Shown here: positions 27,082 to 39,259 of the stretch, piece by piece
Layout: each line of letters begins with the position of its first letter
How positions within the stretch are numbered: position 1 is the first letter of the stretch
Origin: Octopus vulgaris
Taxonomy: Eukaryota
Direction: 5' to 3'
Length of the DNA stretch: 64,000 nucleotides
Assembly (NCBI GenBank): GCA_951406725.2
Contig: OX597815.1
Coordinates: 130,076,001 to 130,140,000, forward strand
Notes under the pieces: generated by a model
The model's input: only the letters and a program-made list of their open reading frames with translations
Told to the model about the DNA's origin: nothing
The model's database searches: none
Program-made: the position numbers and the translations under genes

Positions 27082-28094
27082 ATTGGTCTCCATTTTCCAT
27101 TTCTCTTATGTTCTTCTAAACACGTCTCACTTCACCATGGAATTATTACCCATGTATGTGTGATTACTAGTATCTTGAAGTTCTGGTAAATACCTCTCCG
27201 GATCTTTGCTTATAAATTAAACATACACACACACACATACACATAAATATAGCCGGTTCTTTTGGTCAAACTATCGTATCTCCAGCTGCTTCGGATGCTA
27301 AAATAATAAAATTGTACAACGGTTTAACATTTTTCAGAAATGTAGTAAGTCCCACATACGACAGTTTTGCAAAAGTATTCCTGACTGAATATATATATAT
27401 ATATAAATATACATATACATATATATGTATGTATGCATGTATGTATGTACACAGACATGGCTCAATAGATAGATAGAGAGATAGATAGGTTGGTAGATAG
27501 GTAGGTAGGTAGGTAGGTCGATAGGTAGGTAGGTAGGTAGAGGGTGTACAGGCAAACATTTGACGAATTCCTATGTCCCTTTTTTTCAGAAACAACATCA
27601 TGTATTGTTTTCTGTCGTATTTGTAGAGAATGAACAAATGATTAAGTTTAGAAACTTCTGTCTGTTTCCCACGACGTCAGAAAAAATTCAGAGCATTGAT
27701 AGCTTAGTACTACCACTCGACTTGTTCAACCGTGTCAACCTTAACTTCCGACGTTTAACACTGGCACTTGATAGTAACAGACGGGCGTAACGGGTAACCT
27801 ACAAACATATCTAAGATCAGTCATGTTTCTAGCCTCCACCAATCAAACCATATTCTAAACATATGCTAATTTGAGCCATGAACTCCCTATAAAAATAAGG
27901 CAAGCTTCGAGCCACGCAGCTACGACACGCCTTCTATTTTAAATTTTCCTCTCTCTTTCTCTGTGTGTGTGTGTGTGTGCATAGGAAAAAAAGAAGTTGA
28001 ACATGCTCTGAGAATAGTTAAAATATTTTATTAGTATATTTAAAGATTTAACCGATTTCACAGTTTACACTTAATTTTCAAAAGAGAAAGACTT

Positions 28095-28130
<36 letters not shown>

Positions 28131-28463
28131 TAAAATACCACTCGCTATAAACAGAGCTATCGCTCTAAAACCACAAATGTCTTGCTATTAAAATACACAC
28201 GGGCGAATGCAACGAATATAACAGAAATAGGCTTACCATGTATGAACTACAGATGTAAGGAATACAGATATTCCGTGATCAATTGATTTCCCGTTTTGGA
28301 TGAATATATTTAAAGCTCTTCAGCCAGACTTACTGTAAATCATATATTTGGGAAATATTCGTCACGTTACACCGTCTGCGTTCTTACATTTGAATAACTG
28401 CGATAATTAAAAACGAACATAACGTCAGCCAGTACGATTTGAAATTAAACAAGTTATTATTTC

Positions 28464-28466
<3 letters not shown>

Positions 28467-28541
<75 letters not shown>

Positions 28542-28567
28542 TGATAATGATGATGATAATAATAATG

Positions 28568-28616
<49 letters not shown>

Positions 28617-28644
28617 TAATAATAATAATAATAATAATAATAAT
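28467..28644. repeat. (TAA)n/(TGA)n microsatellite
   Basis: Read directly; target tract of the Dong/R4-type insertions. Confidence 0.97.
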
Positions 28645-29215
28645 CTGAGGCTGTAACTGAAGGAGAAAATGTAACCATTCTGTGGGACTTTCCAGTACAT
28701 ACAGACCGAACCATCAAGGCCAATAAACCAGATATTGTTGTGAAAGACCAAAACAATAAAGTTTGCTTATTTATCGACATGAGCATCCCCTGTGATCATA
28801 ATATCTCAGCGAAAGAGTTTGACAAGCTCAGAAAATATAAAGACCTACTCATTGAAATTGAGAAAATGTGGCATCTCAAGGCGGTTACAATACCAGTGAT
28901 CGTAGGAGCACTAGGAATGATCAAGAAGGGAACCGAAAATTATATGAGAATGATCCCTGGCTTACCATCCCTGCAAGAAGTGCAAAAGATTGTCTTAACT
29001 GGTACATCACACGTATTGAGAAGAGCATTGTCGATGTGAGAACTGTTGCTGCTCATGTATTTTAATTTAACTTTAAAAAAAAATTTAAAAAAATGTACGA
29101 ACTACTGAGTTTGGTTTAATGGCCTACCAATATACACTATGAGTTTCTTTGCCCTAGGAGTCGGGAAGACACTCGGCAAGAAATGGAAGAAAATTTGAAA
29201 GAAGAAAAAAAAAAG
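28645..29215 (+). mobile_element. Dong/R4-type RLE retrotransposon 3' end inserted in (TAA)n
   Basis: Uninterrupted frame EAVTEGENVTILWDFPVHTDRTIKANKPDIVVKD...CLFIDMSIP...KLRKYKDL...IVGALG...LQEVQKIVLTGTSHVLRRALSM*; (TAA)n on both sides. Confidence 0.9.
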
Positions 29216-29239
29216 TAATAATAATAATAATAATAATAA

Positions 29240-29436
29240 CACATAACAAAAACACCAGGACTTACAAACACATATAACATACAGAAAATTGCACTACTAG
29301 GCACTGCACACTTCCTACGCAGAACACTTTCCATACAATAACCATCAGAGCATCACAACAAATCACAGCACATACCCAAGGCACACAGAGCTGCGCTCGG
29401 TAGTGAAGTGAAAGCACGCTATAAAAAATAAAACTA

Positions 29437-29440
<4 letters not shown>
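29240..29440 (+). mobile_element. Second, different Dong/R4-type 3' end in the same (TAA)n tract
   Basis: ITKTPGLTNTYNIQKIALLGTAHFLRRTLSIQ* (same C-terminal motif, different sequence), then a short 3' UTR and (TAA)n at 29441-29543. Confidence 0.75.
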
Positions 29441-29484
<44 letters not shown>

Positions 29485-29488
29485 GATG

Positions 29489-29544
<56 letters not shown>

Positions 29545-30130
29545 TAAGTGACTAGCAAGTTTATACCTATACAAGTAAAATATACAAACAAAATTTAGTA
29601 GGGTATTAGAATACAACTTGCTATAAACACACAACTTTCTCACAACTAAAATATACACATACATACGTATGTATGTATATATGAGAGATTGAGTGAGTGA
29701 GTGAGTGAGTGAGTGAGTGAGTGAGGGAGAGAGATTGAGAGAGACAGACAGACAGACTTACAGACAGAACTGAAAAAAAAGAGAAAACCGCGATATGTAT
29801 ATCATGAAATGGGAAATGAAACAACGTGATGACATCACATCTGTTCAAGTTAGGTAATTGAATTAGAGATAAAATAGAATCTGAATCCGATTTCAACTGC
29901 TTAAATTTAGTTGGCAGTTCTTACTCATCCGAAGCAGAATTAGAATTTATAAACATCAGTAGATTGCCACAGATGAATAGAGGGAAATTTATAGTTGACA
30001 TATATATTTACTCACATAACTTGTGTCAATGAACTCTATCGGAAATGTTACCACTTCATATTTTGCACATTGAACCATTGAAGCAAGGACGGAATGCTTA
30101 TATATGTTTATATATATATATATACATATA

Positions 30131-30186
<56 letters not shown>

Positions 30187-30236
30187 CGTTTATATATTTG
30201 TTGTGCAAGATTTTTTATGTGAAGTCGTGTGTTGAA

Positions 30237-31088
30237 ATAGATATTGTTATATTTCGGAATGGTCATTTTACCAGTTTAGCCAATAAAAACACACGCACTA
30301 TATATTTGGTATTACTTTGCTTCAGTGTTATTTATTTTTTACATTAATCTTAATCTTATTTCGGCCAGAGTTCTTTCGTCACACTCCTGTGACCGCATCA
30401 GTGGTCCTTTGTTTTCTTCTTTCTTATTTGTGTCTCTCCTTACTAACTGTCAGCCATTTTGTATTTCTATTGTATGTCTTCATTTCTGAATAGAAAACTA
30501 GAATGGAACACTAGCACACACCACAAGATATGACGGTAGAGGATCCCGAAAACATAATAAATACACAGATAAATAAACAAATAGAAATAAATAACTATGT
30601 TATTATTTTTTTCCGATTTATTATTATTATTACTAGTATTGTTGTTATACATACATACATACATACAAGCATATGTAATGATAATAATAAGTGGATGTAA
30701 ACACATGAACAAAATAAGAATAAACAAAAACAACAACAACAAAAACAAATTACATGAACGTATATAAACAGAAGATACAAATATTACAGGCATCCCCCCA
30801 CACACTAAATAAACATAGACGCACATACAGATATAAGCATGCGCAAATGAAGACATACAATAGAAATACAATATGGCTGACGGTTAGTAAGGAGAGACAC
30901 AAATAAGAAAGAAGAAAACAAAGGACCACTGATGCGGTCACAGGAGTGTGACGAAAGAACTCTGGCCGAAATAAGATTAAGATTAATGTAAAAAATAAAT
31001 AACACTGAAGCAAAGTAATACCAAATATATAGTGCGTGTGTTTTTATTGGCTAAACTGGCAAAATGACCATTCCGAAATATAACAATA

Positions 31089-31093
<5 letters not shown>
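30237..31093. repeat. Near-perfect ~250-bp-arm inverted repeat with ~360-bp spacer (Penelope-like inverted pLTR)
   Basis: 30237-30485 and 30845-31093 are reverse complements with only a few differences. Flanked by (TA)n on both sides. Confidence 0.92.
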
Positions 31094-31139
<46 letters not shown>

Positions 31140-31440
31140 GTATTCATATACGTAAATTATTAACAAGTGAAACTAATTAGTTCATAGGTAATCGTTTTTT
31201 ATTTCGTATATTTTCATTAGTCTTGCTTATTTTTACGCTCTAGTTTTCTGCTGAATTTTTTCTTGAGAACACATTCTTCGTGGGAAATGACGATTTTGAC
31301 GTCTATATCTAGCATACAGGCTGTCCACTTTTAGTGGTCAATCCTCTAAATTTTGTATGTAATAGAATTTTTAATCTTCGGATTTTTTAAAATATGCTAG
31401 GCCACTGGTTTTAATTCATTAATATCAATGTCTACCCTTA

Positions 31441-31508
<68 letters not shown>

Positions 31509-31970
31509 CATATATACGTATATGCGCAGGCGTGACTGCGTGGTAAGAAGCTTGCTTCCCAACCACATGGATCCGGATTTAGTCCCACTGCGTGGCACTT
31601 TGGGCGAGTGTCTTCTACTATAGCCACGGGCTGACCGAAGACTTGTAAATTTGGTAGACGGAAACTGAAAGAAGCCCGTGGTATATATATATGTATGTGT
31701 TTATATATATATATATGTTTATGTGTGTCTGTGTATGTCCCCCGCCATCAGTTGACAACCAACGCTGGTGCGTTTATGTCCACGAAACTTAGCGGTTCGT
31801 CAAAAGATACCGATAGAATAAGTTCTGCGCTTACAAAGAATAAGGCCTGGGGTCAATTTTTTCAACTAAATGCGGTGCTCCAGCATGGCTACAGTCAAAT
31901 GGCTGGAACAAGTAAATGAATAAAAGAATATATAGGTATTCTCTTTTACTCTCTTTTTTTCACTTGTTTC

Positions 31971-32015
<45 letters not shown>

Positions 32016-32113
32016 TATACGACGGGTTTCTTTCAGTTTCCGTCAACCAAATCCACTCACAAGGCTTTGGTCGGCCCAAGGCTATAGTAGAAGACACTTG
32101 TCCAATGTGCCAC

Positions 32114-32830
32114 ATTATTATTCTTTTTTCTTTCAACAGAAAAAACAAAACGAGGTATTGAACCTCTCAAGACAGTCTTTGCAATTATTGGACTTAATAG
32201 TCCATTATAAATAATAACATGCAATAACATACAATACAATATTCAATATACAATCAACACTAATCCATTTACAAATGAGGCACTGAGCCTCTTACACTTT
32301 ATAACACTGTGGCTTTTCAACCTCTTGTCAATTTTCCACCTCAACGAGGTATTGAACCTCTCACTACAGTTTTTACAATTATTGGACTTAATAGTCCATT
32401 ACAAATAATAACATGCAATAACATACAATAAAATATTATAACACTGATGTTTTTCAACCTCTTGTCAATTTATCACCTCATCATCGCTTGTGTCCGTGTA
32501 CTCCACCATCTCCTATGCTTGCTTTAAAATCATGGCAGGCTTCGAGTTGGCGTCACCCGGCCACGAGCGATATTCCCCTTTCAGTCCCTTCAGCCTTTGT
32601 AACACGAGCAACGTTATGACCTCCACAGCTATCTGCGGAGGCCATTTGGGATCCCGTGTGAAGGCCAAAGGTACTCCCTCGTAGTGTTCTTCCACTACCT
32701 TTTCCACCTCTCCGCCTCTATAACAGAAGACCAGCAGTTCTTTGTCCTCTGGGTCCGAGGTGGTCAATTTTACCGTTGGCGGCACAATTCCCGCCAATGG
32801 TAAAAAATGTCAGGTGGTGTTAGGTCAGGT
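32114..32830 (-). mobile_element. 5'-truncated copy 2 of the ORF1-only element, abutting a same-orientation SINE-A body (32020-32113)
   Basis: ORF GIVPPTVKLTTSDPEDKELLVFCYRGGEVEKVVEEHYEGVPLAFTRDPKWPPQIAVEVITL is homologous to 52810-53100. The aagaggttgaaaa and taagaggctcagtgcctcatttg motifs are shared with copy 3. Internal ~95-bp duplication at ~32149-32245 and ~32343-32437. Confidence 0.75.
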
Positions 32831-34232
32831 GATCGTGATGGCCACTCAATTGCTCCGCGTCGTCCTATCTATCACCCCTCAAAAATCATATCATATAAGA
32901 CAAAAAAAAAATTTCATGCAGTAGAAAACTATAAAAAGTACCAATAAAAAACGCGTTACTTCTGCCACACGTATGTGTGTGTGTGTTGGGGGAGCGGGGG
33001 GGGGGCGTAAAATACTAGATTATCAAAGTATGTAACCATCGACTGTTTTTTTTATCACACATTATCTTTTACGTATACTATCTTTCCTTCCCACTCACTT
33101 TCATATACACACGTGCGCGCGTATATCAACAGCATATTTCCATGTACACGTCTATGTGCAGAATCACGATCACATCTTTCTCTTTCCCTCCTCTCTCCAC
33201 TCTCTTTTTCTCTCTCCCTCTGTCTTTCACTGGACATATATATATATATATGTTTTCAACTTCGCCAATAATTTCTTTTACTCATAACAACCTCCTAAAT
33301 TTATGTTATTTATATGATGTAGATATCTACTTTATGGTAATGCCATTTTGTTTTTAAAAATGTTCAATACTTCTTTTGGTGTAAGTATATGAGAAAGATT
33401 GTCAGCGGCAATAAACGATGCAGTGGGATTACATATTCTTATCTACTTCCATACTAAGTTCCTATATGCTCCAAAAGGCCTTTGTGGTGACGATGGTAAT
33501 AAATACTCAGAAATTTTAACCAAATGTAACTGAAAAATTCTTAAAAGACCTTGATCAATTTTTATGGCATTTATCAGACTAGTCAACCATCTTGATGCAA
33601 CGCAAAAATTTTACCGCTCACCTTTTCTTCTTTCCGGAGACGTAATAAACTATCATATTAGGCTAATAGGCGATCCATCTTTCTGAAAGATCTTTCGCAT
33701 GAACTCATTAGGTTCCCATCTCTCTAGGTTCTTTTTTTTAATGAAGCTGATTTCGAAGATGATGTTAGCGTTACAATGATGTTTTAGAACTTGGTGGTTA
33801 CACTGGCGAAATTAGGGATACAAAAAAGCGACAGTTCATCAACCAATATAACTAACTGTAAAACTAGAAGTAAAATAAATTGGTGCAACTCTCCATTTAC
33901 TAGGAAGTCTCAGTACACATCCCAAGCAAAATGATGGGGTGAAAATACTTCTCCCAGCCAGTAACTGTTTGCCGTTCGTCTCTTTATTATCCTTTACAAC
34001 GAGGGCACGCACACACGCATGCACGCTCACAAACATATACTCGCACATATTCATGCAAACAAGCACATACATGTCGCTTATGGACACACAGGCACCCCCC
34101 CCACACCCACACACACACGTGCGCGCATACACTCACACACATATATACTCTGCAATTCTTATGGAATATGAGGGCAATAATGTGAAACTATCCAGTAATT
34201 CATTCGATGAAATCGGTTGTGCAATCATATAT

Positions 34233-34309
<77 letters not shown>

Positions 34310-34739
34310 TACACGCACAATGTGTATGTGTATGAGCACTGAGCGAAGATGTGACCTGTGATCGGTCTAATCGACTATACTTTGTAATTATTTATTAATC
34401 TTGATTATCGATCGTTGAAACAATCTTAATGAGTACAAATTAATCGAAATATCAACAACTTGCGTCTTGTTAATTTCTTACACACGTACACACGCACACA
34501 CACACACACATATACACACACATAGATGTATGTTCCTATGCATGTATACCTATATATGTATATATATATGTATATATATATATATGTGTGTGTACATATA
34601 TATTTAGCTATGTGTATGCACGTGTTTGTAGAGATGTTTGTAAGTGTGTATGTATGTGAATGTATGTAGTCAATATGAAATTATTATTTTACATTTTACG
34701 AATTATGATGGCTTTCTCTCTCACTCTTTCTATTTGCAG

Positions 34740-35053
34740 TCCATGACCTCATGTGCCCAGATTCAACCTCCGGATTTAGCGACCCTTATATCAAATTGTT
34801 TCTTTACCCAGAAGTAGACGAAAGGCGTCGACAATCATCAGTCCAACGTCGGACTTTGAATCCATTTTTCAATGAGTTTTTCAAATTTCCAATTCCTTAC
34901 GAAGACTTACAAGACAAATCTCTGATATTTCAAGTCTTTAACTACGACAAGTTTTCTCGACACAGCATCCTGGGAGAAGTTAACGTTGACTTAAATACTG
35001 TCGAAACTTCCAGTAGCGTCGAGATCTGGAGTGATATACAGCGATATCAGCGG
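34740..35053 (+). CDS. Syt: Synaptotagmin internal exon (body of C2A)
   Basis: Polypyrimidine tract plus tatttgcag acceptor at 34739; donor CGG|gtaacg at 35054; 314 nt, phase 1-0. Encodes (V)HDLMCPDSTSGFSDPYIKLFLYPEVDERRRQSSVQRRTLNPFFNEFFKFPIPYEDLQDKSLIFQVFNYDKFSRHSILGEVNVDLNTVETSSSVEIWSDIQRYQR, with the SDPY, TLNPxFNExFxF and YDKFSRH...GEV C2 motifs. Confidence 0.96.
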
Positions 35054-35096
35054 GTAACGAAATTATTCATTTCTTCTTTACGCTTAACTATTATTA

Positions 35097-36086
35097 TTAT
35101 TACCTCCACCTTAGCGAAGGCGGGGGTACTGTTTTTAGTCGTGTTTGTTTGTTTGCTTGTCCGTAGATAAGATGGATTCAGATTAAACTTTCGGGGTTGT
35201 TTGGCCACGTGACTGGCACGAACTAATTAGATTTTGAGATCGATCCGGTACCGGACAAGGGTTCTAGATTATTTTTTATATTTACTTTACATGAAGTATT
35301 ATAATCTCTGATTATCTCCCTTGAAACCACTCTCATAGTTTCCTCGTAAATTATGGCGTCGTTACTGTTTCCAAAGTTTCATTTTCGTTTCTCTATTATT
35401 AATTTCACTCGCATCTCTATCTTAGTAGAAACTGATGGATAAAGAAATCAAACTGCATAAACAAACGGCAGCAAAACCGTTTAGAAATTAAATAACACTT
35501 ACACATTCAATAACAATAAAAAATTTAATTTATCCTCGACAATTTTTAGTTTTACCAATTTTGAATATATCGTTCCTGTTTAAAACCTCTCACTTACTTG
35601 ACACTTGCATTTCTAGCTCTGCCTTGAAGGAAGCTTTACTTCTTGTACTCACGTTTTTGTGTGCTAAACCTCCGTTAACAGCACCGTATGCAGGTCCTTT
35701 CCGTTTTCTTTCACGCACGGATAAATTTTTCACTTTTCATCTTAATGGTCGTAAAGACACTATATCAGTGGATAGACTTAAAAAAAGCCTTCACAGAGAA
35801 AACTAACCCTGTTTCCATTGCAGACGACACACATGCAACATTATAAACACGGACCGCCCACCCATCTTCACATTCCATGACTATCGATCAGGTACCAGAC
35901 AAGGATTCTGGATTATTTTTCCAGTTCTTTTACTTAATTTTTGAGAGCATTCGGGTTCATTTTTAGTATTCTCATTTGTGAGAGCACTCGAGTTTATATC
36001 AAATATTCTCATTTTAAAAATCATCGGCTAATCGTTGAGAGGACATTAGTGTTGCCTTGGCGGAGGTTTGTGCTCTCTGACTGCTC

Positions 36087-36091
<5 letters not shown>
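35097..36091 (+). mobile_element. Helentron-associated non-autonomous element (HINE/DINE-like) with internal cargo
   Basis: 5' ttattacctccaccttagcgaagg followed by (GTTT)n; 3' ccttggcggagg sub-TIR followed by gtgctctctgactgctc and a T-rich end. Internal ~36-bp duplication at ~35241 and ~35885. Confidence 0.7.
35666..35788 (+). mobile_element. Gypsy integrase C-terminal (GPY/F) fragment
   Basis: KPPLTAPYAGPFRFLSRTDKFFTFHLNGRKDTISVDRLKK matches the GPY/F ... V(S)xDRLK module of Ty3/Gypsy integrases. Confidence 0.75.
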
Positions 36092-36118
<27 letters not shown>

Positions 36119-36474
36119 ATTATTATTATTATCATTATTAAGGCGGTGAACTGGTAGAAACGTTAGCACGCCAGGCGAAATGCTTTGCAATATTTTGTCT
36201 GTCTTTACGTTACTAGTTCAAATTCCGCCGAGGTCGACTTTGCCTTTCATCATTTCGGGGTCGATTAAATAAGTACCAGTTACGTACTGGGGTCGATGTA
36301 ATCGACTTTCCCCTCCCCCAAATTTCAGGCTTTGTGCCTATACTAGAAAGGATTGTTATCATTATTATTATTTGGTGGCGAGCTGGCAGAATCTTTAGCA
36401 CGCTGGACAAAATGCTTCGCGGCATTTCTTTCGGCTTTACGTTCTGAGTTTACATACCATTGATGTGACTTTGC

Positions 36475-36563
36475 CTAACCCTAACCTTAAAGCTAACCTC
36501 AAACTAAACGCAACTTTAACTTACCCTAAACTCTGATCCCAACCTTAAACCCTAAACTCTAAC
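36475..36563. repeat. Degenerate interstitial telomere-like (CCCTAA)n tract
   Basis: cctaaccctaaccttaaagctaacc...aaccttaaaccctaaactctaacc. Confidence 0.6.
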
Positions 36564-36811
36564 CGCTTGATGGCTTCAATTAGTTGCTATGAGGCGGCGA
36601 ACTGGCAGAATCGTTCACACCCAGGACAAAGTACTTAGCCTAATTTTTTTTATGGTTTTACATTCTGAGTTCAAATTTCGTCGACGTTATCTTTACCTTT
36701 TATATTTTCGGGGTCGATAAAATAAGTACCTGTTGAGCACTGGGGTCAATGTCATCGACTAAATCTAATTTTTCCCTGTAAGTTTGGATTTACTCCCGAA
36801 TATTATTATTA

Positions 36812-37034
<223 letters not shown>

Positions 37035-37388
37035 TCTAAGTCTCTCTAAAGGAGACTACGGTAGCGCTACTGGATATTAACAGTTATTGCCTAGCAAATA
37101 TGGCAGTCCATAAATATAGGACAAAAGCTGCCGTTAATTAGCTCCAAGAGGCCATCGCCTCTAGCTAGCTATATGACACACGAATCTGTGTCCATTATAA
37201 CCTACGAACAGGGGAGGTCAGCCGCTTCCCCCTGCTGGTCAGGCATCTGCAGACATGTTTCAGAGTATTTGCCCTTTATCAATGCAGAGTAGCCAAACCC
37301 AGCACGCGTCGCTGCTGATCATCTGTTCGAAGGATTATTTACCTAATTTCAGTGGAATACATCCACTGGTTTTAGCTTGGCGATAAAT

Positions 37389-37516
<128 letters not shown>

Positions 37517-39259
37517 GGGGGTACACGCGTTGAGAAAGTGACACGTACATTTTAGACAAAATACGTACGTTGACACAAACGTCCATGCATAAATATATTC
37601 TCTTGTACCTCATTATAATTAATTATAATTATACCACCTTCCTCACAATCCCCTCCCCGCAAAGTAGCAATAAATCTTTAATAATTTCTGTATGACCAGG
37701 CTGATGCCTCTTCAGCTCTTCACTTCTACACGTACGAAGAAGTAGTGAGGCACGGTCTATTTATTTAGTGAAGTTTTATGATAAAGAAATGGAACAGATG
37801 TTTGTCTCATTTTGATTACAGACCAGTAGCTAAGCTAGTTAAGCTGATTAATATTGTTTTGTCATACTATAATTATAACTAACTTGGTTCAGTAAAAACG
37901 CCAATAGATTAACTGTAATTAAATTAAAAGAACTTAGCATTTTCGTTTTTTTCTAATTGACTTTTACAAAAATAATTGGCATTTGAACGAGATTTAATTT
38001 GTAGTTGCCTTGAAGCGGAATTTATAAGTGTTTGTATTAACGAGATAACTCGTTAATTCTGGCTCCAATCTTCTAATTATTAGTAATGTTTTGCAAATTG
38101 TTGTATTATTATTTAAAGTTTACTGCTGAAGTCATTCTAATTACTGTAAAATAAAACTAAATTAAATTCGTTATAAGTATCATACTTCCATATTTATCAG
38201 CATTTATTAGAAGCCGACTTTTTACAAAATTACTGCGACTTTCATTAGAGTTCTGTTCTAGATATACATACAAAGCCTTCTGGATGCTAAAAAGCGAAAG
38301 CCAGTCTAAGGTTCGACATAGATTCCTTCACAAGCATGCCTCAGCTTTTAGATAGTTCACTCTCTCTGCTCTGATGCACCTACAAAGGCTTTTGTTCTCC
38401 TCAATAAAAACTAGCACTTCGTCGTTTACAAAGGCGAAGGTTCCAGTCGACCCACAGACGCGCGTACTCTTAACGTAATTCACAGGAAGATTCTCACTGA
38501 ATAGGATAAGTCTGTCCCTTTGAATTACAGGTACTAACCCATTTTGCCAGCTGAGCGGATTGGAGCAATGTGAAATAAATTGTCTTGATCTAGGATACAA
38601 CGCGTCGCCGAGAATTGAACATAGGATCGTGAGCCGATTACTCTAATTACTAAGCCACACGCCTTCACTCTTCTCAATAAACAACTGGCTGTATACACCC
38701 TCCAAACATGCCTCTCCGACTTACACACTTTCCCTCCTTTCGTTAAATACTACTGCATCTCTAACCATCTTTTATAAATGCTCCATTCTAAGCAAGTTGT
38801 TTAAATACTCATGGTCTGGAATTCCAACTCTTTGGATCTTCCTCTTTTCGTATAGTTCTTTCTGAAGACTTCAGACTACACATGTTCAAGCGGAATATCA
38901 GCTTCATCATAGAGGACCCGAGAAAAGTCTCTGGCTTCTCGTCTTTGGTTAGGAAATAGAAAACAATCTTTAGGAAACTGTGACCTACTTTAAACTTTGT
39001 CATCTTCGTATGAGGGCAGATTTGTGTTGATAGAATATATTAGAGATCCAGAGTTGGATTTGGAGGTTCGCTTCTTGTTTCATATCTCTTAAGTTGTCCT
39101 TGTATCCTTTTCATTTGACTGGCGATTTGTACTCTCTTGTGAACTCCGGAAGAACTATAAGCTTGAGTGTTGCATTAGTTTGTAGTTCTTAAGTTCAGAC
39201 CCTACTTCACTTGGTATATAAATAGCTTGAAAAGACTATAGAGACAGGTAGGAATATAC

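Noticed and set aside
28425-28786. Poly-L/I/Y ORFs, and the many YIYI, CVCV, THTH and MYVC ORFs in the track
   Set aside because: Translations of microsatellites, not genes.
35054-35170. ORF extension VTKLFISS... after the C2A exon (likewise after 21065 and 63847)
   Set aside because: Read-through into intron; canonical donors give in-frame splicing to the next exon.
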